DNA of 64,000 nucleotides from Candidatus Woesearchaeota archaeon. Its GTDB lineage: Archaea; Nanobdellota; Nanobdellia; Woesearchaeales; JACQSR01. The stretch is from positions 6,546 through 70,545 of the forward strand of contig JACQSR010000008.1 of NCBI GenBank assembly GCA_016211215.1, given 5' to 3'. Positions within the stretch are counted from its first letter, which is position 1. Each line of letters begins with the position of its first letter. The position numbers were made by a program, and so were the translations under genes. The notes beneath the pieces were generated by a model. It saw nothing but the letters and a program-made list of their open reading frames with translations, made no database searches and had not been told where the DNA came from. Shown here piece after piece: positions 36,467 through 43,600 of this stretch.

Positions 36467-37297
36467 TTACACCGAGACTCTTCCAATCTCCTCAACCATA
36501 TCGCTTGCAAGATATGTAAATCCTTTTTTCTTTTTCAGCAAAATGTCCCCAATCATGCCGTTTATGTAAGCTGCATTGCACGAGCTCTGCCACAGGTCAT
36601 GCGATTGCGAAAGAAATCCTGCGCATAATCCTGCAAGAACATCGCCTGTCCCTGCCTTGGTCATGCCTGCATTTCCTGTTTTGCTGTAGATTATCTTTTC
36701 TTTTGAGATTATTGTATCGGCGGGGCCTTTTAGCAGGAGGATGTTATTGCTGAGATGCTTTTGGATGTCTTTTCTTTCAATTCCAGAGTTTTTCAGAAGA
36801 ATATTAAGCTCGCCAAGATGCGGGGTAATGATGGCGTTGCAGATATCCTGAATCCTTAACGCCTTAATGGCATCTGCATCAATTACCATGGGGCATTTAA
36901 CCGATTTGACAACCTTCCTGACAAATTCTTTTGTTTCTTCCCTTAACCCAAGGCCGTTTCCAATTAAGACAACGTCGAAGGAGTTGCTTAGCTTGATAAT
37001 TTCACCTGCATGCCTTAATTCAAAATATTTTCCGGAAAACTTTTTTGTGACTAAATCGGGGCTTAGGCAGCTAACAGCCCATGCGGTCTTTTCCGGAGCT
37101 GCAACAGTCACCCAATCACAGCCGGAGCGCAGGGCAGCCAATCCTGAAAGCGCAATTGCCCCAACGTAATCTTCCGAGCCTCCAACCGCAAGGACACGGC
37201 CATTATCCCCTTTATGCGAACCCCTCTCCCGCCCGGGAAGCTTTAGGTCACTTTTACTTAAGAATATCTTTTCTTTCATCTTTAAGCCACAACTCAA
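36467..37297 (-). CDS. nnrD: ADP-dependent NAD(P)H-hydrate dehydratase (YjeF C-terminal domain)
   Basis: SHKGDNGRVLAVGGSEDYVGAIALSGLAALRSG and TKAGTGDVLAGL motifs. Confidence 0.85.
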   Translation of the reverse strand: MSCGLKMKEKIFLSKSDLKLPGRERGSHKGDNGRVLAVGGSEDYVGAIALSGLAALRSGCDWVTVAAPEKTAWAVSCLSPDLVTKKFSGKYFELRHAGEIIKLSNSFDVVLIGNGLGLREETKEFVRKVVKSVKCPMVIDADAIKALRIQDICNAIITPHLGELNILLKNSGIERKDIQKHLSNNILLLKGPADTIISKEKIIYSKTGNAGMTKAGTGDVLAGLCAGFLSQSHDLWQSSCNAAYINGMIGDILLKKKKGFTYLASDMVEEIGRVSV

Positions 37298-37877
37298 CCC
37301 TTTTGGTTATGCCCCTGTACGCATTAAGGCCCTTCTTAAGGTCGTGCAGGGCTATTAGAAGGTTGGGAACTGCAAAAACATTTGCGCGCTTCCCTGTATC
37401 GGGGTCGATGCCGCTTGGCACGTCTATGGAAACCTTATAGCCCATGGCTCTGTTGAAGCGCAGAATCGCCGAAGCAATGGGCTCCCTGATGCTCCCCTCA
37501 AGGCCGGTGCCAAATATTGCATCTATGAGAAAGTTATAGTCATTAAAATTGACAAGTGCAGGATCGGTGATGATGCGCAGGTTTGAAATGCTCCTGAGCT
37601 TTATGAGATTTCCTAAAGCCTCGAAGCTAAGCTTGGATTCCTGGCCAAGAAAAAGAACATCAACCGGGCATTTTTCTGCAATGTACCTGGCAGCAACAAA
37701 CCCATCGCCGCCGTTATTGCCATGATAGCAAACCACGAGAACCCTTGCCTGCGGCTCAAGAAGCGTTTCCAGCAGCTTAAAGACACCTTTTCCGGCCCTT
37801 TCCATGAGAAGCTGCGCGGAAACACCATAGCCCATGCTCCTGGCCTCAAGCTTCCTCATTTCAGCAGTTGAAATCAT
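37254..37877 (-). CDS. nnrE: NAD(P)H-hydrate epimerase (YjeF N-terminal domain)
   Basis: VLVVCYHGNNGGDGFVAARY and DAIFGTGL motifs. Its 3' end overlaps the nnrD ORF by 44 nt in another frame. Confidence 0.85.
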   Translation of the reverse strand: MISTAEMRKLEARSMGYGVSAQLLMERAGKGVFKLLETLLEPQARVLVVCYHGNNGGDGFVAARYIAEKCPVDVLFLGQESKLSFEALGNLIKLRSISNLRIITDPALVNFNDYNFLIDAIFGTGLEGSIREPIASAILRFNRAMGYKVSIDVPSGIDPDTGKRANVFAVPNLLIALHDLKKGLNAYRGITKRVELWLKDERKDILK

Positions 37878-38766
37878 CTCCCAGCACTTCCCTCAATTTG
37901 GACTTCGCATGCGCATTGCGCTCAAAATCATTGATAATGCTGTCCATCTCCTGCCTGCTATAAATACCTTTCTCAACAAGAAACTGCGTAAGGTCGATGC
38001 TTTCAGATTCGCTTGCCTTTGCCATTATGGAATCATAATCACAATTCATCAGGGGTTTTACGGCCCTGGATTTCATTAAGCTTATGATGGTGGAATTGAC
38101 CCAGCTGGTAACATAATCATTTTCAACCGCGTTTAGAAATGTCGGGCCAAAGCTCTCGTGCAGGAAACTTATCATCCCCTTAAAGTCCGGGGGCATTTTG
38201 GGCGTTATGCGCTCTATTGCAGGGCATCCTCCAAAAAGGGATGACTCAAATCCCTCTGTCCTTAGAAATGGGCTTTTCTGGAATGGGAACAATCTGCAAA
38301 TGAATGCCCTTTTTCCATAAATCGAGCACTTTCCTCCGCGCAGGAAAACACAGGAGTCAGCATCAATGGAGTAAGTGACAATTATGGTTTTTCCCAAAAT
38401 TTGGTCGTATACTGCCCGCGAGGGTATAATTTTGTGGTCAATGCCCAACTCAGATGCCCCATGCATGAGCCTTTTTGCCTCCCAATCCCACAAGGGAAAT
38501 GATGTCCTCTCAATCGGGATAAGCTGGAACAGGGGAAGCTTTCCGTATGCAAACTCCTCAAAGAATGCTTTTTCCTCCTCGCCCACAAAACCCCTTATGT
38601 GAGAGCAGCATTTTCCGGTTTCACGGCAAACGAACTTCGAGCTACTCAATCCTGCAACCTCCTGCCGGAAGGAAACGAAGAATCTCGTCCGTGTCTGCAT
38701 TAAACCTTTTATGGAGCTTTTTTGCAATCTCTGATGGAAGCTCGGTGCCCTGAACAATTGCCGCAA
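37861..38766 (-). CDS. YkgJ/UPF0153-family cysteine-cluster (CxxCxxCC-type) protein; start uncertain
   Basis: FVCRETGKCCSH and GGKCSIYGKRAFICRLFP match the family. The track start overlaps the upstream gene by 125 nt. An in-frame TTG at 38649 is a plausible true start. Confidence 0.6.
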   Translation of the reverse strand: MRQLFRAPSFHQRLQKSSIKGLMQTRTRFFVSFRQEVAGLSSSKFVCRETGKCCSHIRGFVGEEEKAFFEEFAYGKLPLFQLIPIERTSFPLWDWEAKRLMHGASELGIDHKIIPSRAVYDQILGKTIIVTYSIDADSCVFLRGGKCSIYGKRAFICRLFPFQKSPFLRTEGFESSLFGGCPAIERITPKMPPDFKGMISFLHESFGPTFLNAVENDYVTSWVNSTIISLMKSRAVKPLMNCDYDSIMAKASESESIDLTQFLVEKGIYSRQEMDSIINDFERNAHAKSKLREVLGDDFNC

Positions 38767-39415
38767 AGTCCTTTGCGCGCTTTTTAACGGCGTTTACAGG
38801 CCCGCCGATTACTTTTCCATTATTGTCTACCCCCACTGCAACCCCAAGCGTTGGATGGAGATAGGATGTCTTCCCGTAAACCATGAAGGAGCCTTTCTGC
38901 AGGTATTCCCCGGGCCTTGCCTTTTTGGTAACCTGCTCGGGGCTTACATAAAAAACATCCAATGTGCTCAACCCAAGCCTCCAGGCACGGCTGTAAGATG
39001 CTGTTGCAATGGCAGTTTCTTCTATAGCTTCTTTTGAAATCTGCCTGCCTTCGGATTTTATTACGGCAAAAGGGCTTCCTGCCATGTCTGTATGGAGGAC
39101 AAGGTCGTCTGCATTGGTGTGCTTCTTGATTATTATTTCGTTTGTTGTGGCATCCCGGCCCAGTATGACAAGAAAATCATCCGAAGTAAAAAACCAGCGG
39201 AATTTTTCATACCATTCCCTTTTCACAGGTGCTTTCCTTGCGGACTCCTTTTTCTCATCTGTAAATTCCTTCTGAAGCCTGTCAAGCTGCTTTCTGGTCT
39301 TTTCAAGGGCATCCTTTGCGCCCTGAATCTTCCGCTTCATCTGCTTGGCTTTCTCAAAATACACTGCTGCATTCTCCTCAACAGACTTGTGAACGTAAAG
39401 CGTGACGGAAGCCAT
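38642..39415 (-). CDS. stand-alone NFACT-R (DUF814) domain protein with N-terminal coiled-coil
   Basis: WFFTSDDFLVILGRDATTNEIIIKKHTNADDLVLHTDMAGSPFAVIK is the NFACT-R/DUF814 core. No NFACT-N domain is present. Confidence 0.7.
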   Translation of the reverse strand: MASVTLYVHKSVEENAAVYFEKAKQMKRKIQGAKDALEKTRKQLDRLQKEFTDEKKESARKAPVKREWYEKFRWFFTSDDFLVILGRDATTNEIIIKKHTNADDLVLHTDMAGSPFAVIKSEGRQISKEAIEETAIATASYSRAWRLGLSTLDVFYVSPEQVTKKARPGEYLQKGSFMVYGKTSYLHPTLGVAVGVDNNGKVIGGPVNAVKKRAKDFAAIVQGTELPSEIAKKLHKRFNADTDEILRFLPAGGCRIE

Positions 39416-39493
39416 GCAGGATTAGAGCCGATGATGGTATATAAAACTTCTTAATTCACAATATTTATATAATGAGTTATTGTTGGATGGCAT

Positions 39494-40114
39494 ATGGAAA
39501 AAAAATTGACTCCTGAGCAGATTGCCGAGCTGAAGGAGAAGATAAAGAACATGTCTCCGGAGGAGCTGAAGGAGTTCCAGAAAAAGCAGTGCATATTCTG
39601 CCAGATTGTCGAGGGGAGGGTTTCCGCAAAGAAAGTGTATGAAGACGAGGTTTCGATTGCAATACTTGACATAAACCCCGCAAATCCGGGGCACATACTG
39701 CTGATGCCCAGGGAGCATTACACCATTCTGCCCCAGGTTCCCGAAAGCGAGATTAACCATCTTGCGGCTGTTGCAAAAAAGCTTTCCAATGCTGTGCTGC
39801 GAGCTCTTGATGCAAAGGGGACCAACATAATTGTTGCAAACGGAGTTGCCGCAGGACAAAAAGCCCAGCACATGATGATTCACATAATCCCGAGAAAGGA
39901 AAAAGACTCCGTGGCGTTCAGCATACCGCAAAAGGAGCATTCCATGGAGGAGCTTGACAGCGTGCAGAAGAGGCTTGCCCAAAAATTCGGGACTGTTGCC
40001 GAGGAAAGGCAGGTGCCAAAACCAAAAGAAGTGGAAGCGGAAATAAAAGAGGAAAAACCGGGAAAAGTTGACCTGGATGAGATATCATCGTTGTTTTCCG
40101 GGAGAAAAAAATGA
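39494..40114 (+). CDS. HIT-family protein with non-canonical triad (H-x-M-x-H) and charged C-terminal tail
   Basis: ILDINPANPGHILLMPREH and GQKAQHMMIHIIPR. Canonical is HxHxHxx; here the middle His is Met (nt 39869-39889). Confidence 0.8.
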   Translation: MEKKLTPEQIAELKEKIKNMSPEELKEFQKKQCIFCQIVEGRVSAKKVYEDEVSIAILDINPANPGHILLMPREHYTILPQVPESEINHLAAVAKKLSNAVLRALDAKGTNIIVANGVAAGQKAQHMMIHIIPRKEKDSVAFSIPQKEHSMEELDSVQKRLAQKFGTVAEERQVPKPKEVEAEIKEEKPGKVDLDEISSLFSGRKK

Positions 40115-40641
40115 GCGAATGCGTGCTTTGCGGGATTGTGGAGTCTACGGTGCCGTCAAAGAAAATATACGAGGACGATTCCATAATTGCGGTCCTGGAC
40201 TTCATGGGCGCGCTTCCGGGACACTGCTTCGTTTTCCCGAAGAGGCACTACACCATAATGGAGCAGGTCTCAGACGAGGAAATTGGAAAAGTGTTCGAGG
40301 TTGCAAACAAAATATCATCTGCCCTGTTTGAAACGATGGAGGTGCAGGGCACGAATATCTTCATTGCAAACGGAGTTGCCGCCGGACAGCAGGCACCCCA
40401 TTTCATCTGCAACGTGATACCCCGCCTTGAAGCAGATGGGATAAACCTGCAGTGGAATACCAAGCAGCTCAGCGAGGAGGAAATGTCAACTGTCGAGCTC
40501 AAGATAAAGGAGCAGATCAGGGATGTTGTAAGCTTCAGGGCGAAGGGAAAACCCGAGGTTGCGGAAAAAAAGGCCGTAAGGATATCCGAAGAGGCAGGCG
40601 AAGAGAATTATTTAATCAGGCAGACCAGAAGAAGGCCCTGA
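40111..40641 (+). CDS. HIT-like paralogue with degenerate triad (H-x-I-x-N)
   Basis: VLDFMGALPGHCFVFPKRH and GQQAPHFICNVIPR (nt 40399-40419). ATGA overlap with the upstream HIT gene. Confidence 0.7.
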   Translation: MSECVLCGIVESTVPSKKIYEDDSIIAVLDFMGALPGHCFVFPKRHYTIMEQVSDEEIGKVFEVANKISSALFETMEVQGTNIFIANGVAAGQQAPHFICNVIPRLEADGINLQWNTKQLSEEEMSTVELKIKEQIRDVVSFRAKGKPEVAEKKAVRISEEAGEENYLIRQTRRRP

Positions 40642-43600
40642 TTATTCTGTTGTTGTAACATCATAGGTTGTCACGCCGGCATTCTGACGGACGTACCATT
40701 CGCCTTCAATGCAGGTGTCTTCCACAAGGATGTCATCAAGGTTATCACCGCTTTCAAACTGCACCCAGGAATCGTTGATGCCGTTGTTTCCGCAGCACTT
40801 TGCATAGCCTGAGTTTCCGGCATAGGATGTTGAGTAGCAGAATGTTTCATTGTGGATGTCGCACACGCCCGCATTTAATCCGGCTTCAAGAACACCCATA
40901 ATATTGCACAGGCATGAATTGTTATCGGGGTTCAATCCCTGCGCGAGGCATCCGTCTTCCACGCAGGTCTTCAGAGGGTAATAGCAGGCGGAATTTTCAA
41001 CGCAGCTGTCCTGCTCTAAGTCACAGTCAATGCAGGCGCAGGATTCTCCGGGGTCGCATGGGCCATTGAAATCACCCACTATCGGGACAGTGTAGATGCT
41101 GCCGCCAAACCTGAATCTCATGTCTTCAGGACCTTCGTCATTGGAATTCTTTAAACGGAATTCTGAAACAGACGCGTTGTATAACCCTATTGTGTCAATG
41201 CCATCGCCGTTCCAATCGCCTGCAACGGGAAATTCGTCCATAGGCACGCCGCTGCCGAAAACAATCTCCAAGCTGGACGATTCAGAGACTCTTAGTATGA
41301 ACTTTCTTTCGCCGTAAACATAAACCCCCGGCTTATCCTTTCCATCACCGTTCCAATCCCCTATGACAGGCAAACCCGCTGAGCTGAGCGGTATTGAAAT
41401 TTCCAAGTCAGCGCCACCTTCTGAATTGGAATTCCTGAGGTAGAAAACTCCGTCCAAAATATTCATTATTCCAATAGTGTAGTATCCGTCTCCGTCCCAG
41501 TCTCCTGCAATCGGCCACAAGTATGCCCTGTCGGCAGCCGGGTCCGGATTGTAGGTAAATGACAAATATGCCTGTCCCGAATCATCGCTAAAGGAGAATG
41601 TTCTGGAAGATTCGTTGTATAATCCCACTGTGCTTATTCCATCGCCGTCCCAGTCTCCGCTTATAGGCGTCAAATCATTAGGGTTAACATCGCCAAAACT
41701 GAACGTCTGGTCTGAAGAACCAGCAGTGTTTGAGTCTCTCAGATAAAATTTGCCCTCAAGGAGATTATACAGCCCAATGGTATCGACACTATTATCATCA
41801 TCGTTGCATCCCAAATTCCCGCCGCAATTGCCGCAGTCAGAACAGCACTTCCCGTCCTCGCATAACGTTGTTCCGGCTATGCATGGCTTGGTGCACAGTT
41901 CAAGCTCAGGATTGCAGGAAGCACCGTATATGCATGTGTCATTCTGCAGACTGCAATCACTGCAATCGCACCCCTCTCCAGTTTCGCAAATGCCATTTTG
42001 AATGTCGTTTATGCAGCCGGGGTATTCAGAGCCGCAGTCTGAACTGCAGCTGTATAACTGGGTGGTTGAGTTGTAGCATAAAGTTGTTCCTGCAGTGCAT
42101 GGAGGCCCGTCAACGCACGTTTTTACGCCGTAATCGCAAACTAACCCTGATGCACAGCTGTCCTGCTGTCCATTGCAGTCATCACAGTCGCATGACTCCC
42201 CTTCATCGCAGCCTGAAGTTCCGCCGTTTACAGCGCTAATACATCCCAGGTTATTGTTTCCGCAGTCGGACTGGCAGGTTCCGTCCGAGCACAATGTTGT
42301 TCCAACGGGACATTGGGGGCCGTCAACGCAGATTCCTGCAAGGTAGTCGCATGACAAGCCATCCAAACAGGAGTCCTGCTCGCTGTCGCAATCGGAGCAT
42401 GTGCAGCTTTCACCCACTTCGCAGGCTGAATCATAATCACAGGGCGCAAATCCGGTATCGCATGTGTAGCAATTGTAGCAGCAATCTCCCGTAGTGCACA
42501 ATGTTTTACCGGCATCGCAAAGCTCAGGGGCGCAGTTGGGGTCTACGGGATTTGCTCCTCGCGGACAGTCTTCATCGCAGATTAAATCATCTGAAGCATT
42601 GCAGCAGTCTCCTGCAATAGGTGTGCAATTCCCGCAGTCAGGGTCATAATCCTGCTGGCAGTTGACATCGCATACAGTGTCGTTTTCCGGCAGGCAGCAG
42701 TTATCAGGGGTGTTTTCGCATCCAATACAATCAGGGTCTATTAAAGGAACACAATCGGTATCGCAGATGTAATCCAAAGTTTCATTGCAGCAGTCATTCG
42801 GCATTGGCGTGCAATTTGGCGGGCAATCGGGGTCAACACCTGAATCGCAGTTGGGGTCGCATTGGTTGGGAGTATCATCAGTATCATCGCAGCAGTCATC
42901 TGCTGTCGGAAGGCAAGTAGTTGAACAATCAGGGTCTTTTCCTGCAGGGCAGTCTGTATCGCAGCCATTATTGCCGAGGTCATTGCAGCAGTTTCCCGGT
43001 GTTGGAAGGCAGTTGGTGCAATCGGGGTCTGCTACTTCGGTGCAGTCGGGGTCGCAGATGCCGGATGAATTTGAGGAGCAGCATCCGTCTGCCAAGCCTG
43101 TGCAGTATCTGCAGGTTGAGATGTTTAAGCCGCAATCATTGCATCCAAGAGCCCCATAGTCAAAGCCCAAATCCGTGCATGAATTGCTGCCATCCCCAAA
43201 TAGCAGGATGTTGTTCACAGTTTCGCATTCTTCATTAGCGTCAATTATTCCATCACCGCAGGTTGCAGCCCGAGTGCAGCCCGAGGTGTCCACAATGCAG
43301 TCTGTACCGCATGATAATGCGCCGCCACTAAAACTATCAAAGTCAGTGCATGCAAGGCCGCCAAGCTGAGTGCCATCGCATTGTTCTCCAAGGTTGATGG
43401 CTCCATTGCCGCATGCTCCCGGAGTTATGCCTGTGCATAAGCTTACGTTTATCAGGCATTCATTTTCATAATCAGCCGGAATGCACGATAAAGTTCCTCC
43501 AAGATAAGTATCAAAGTCGGTGCATTGGTCAGAGCCTGCGCCATAGATTGGCTGACCGGTTAATATGTTGAAATCGCATTGCTCAGCCGGGTCAATAATG

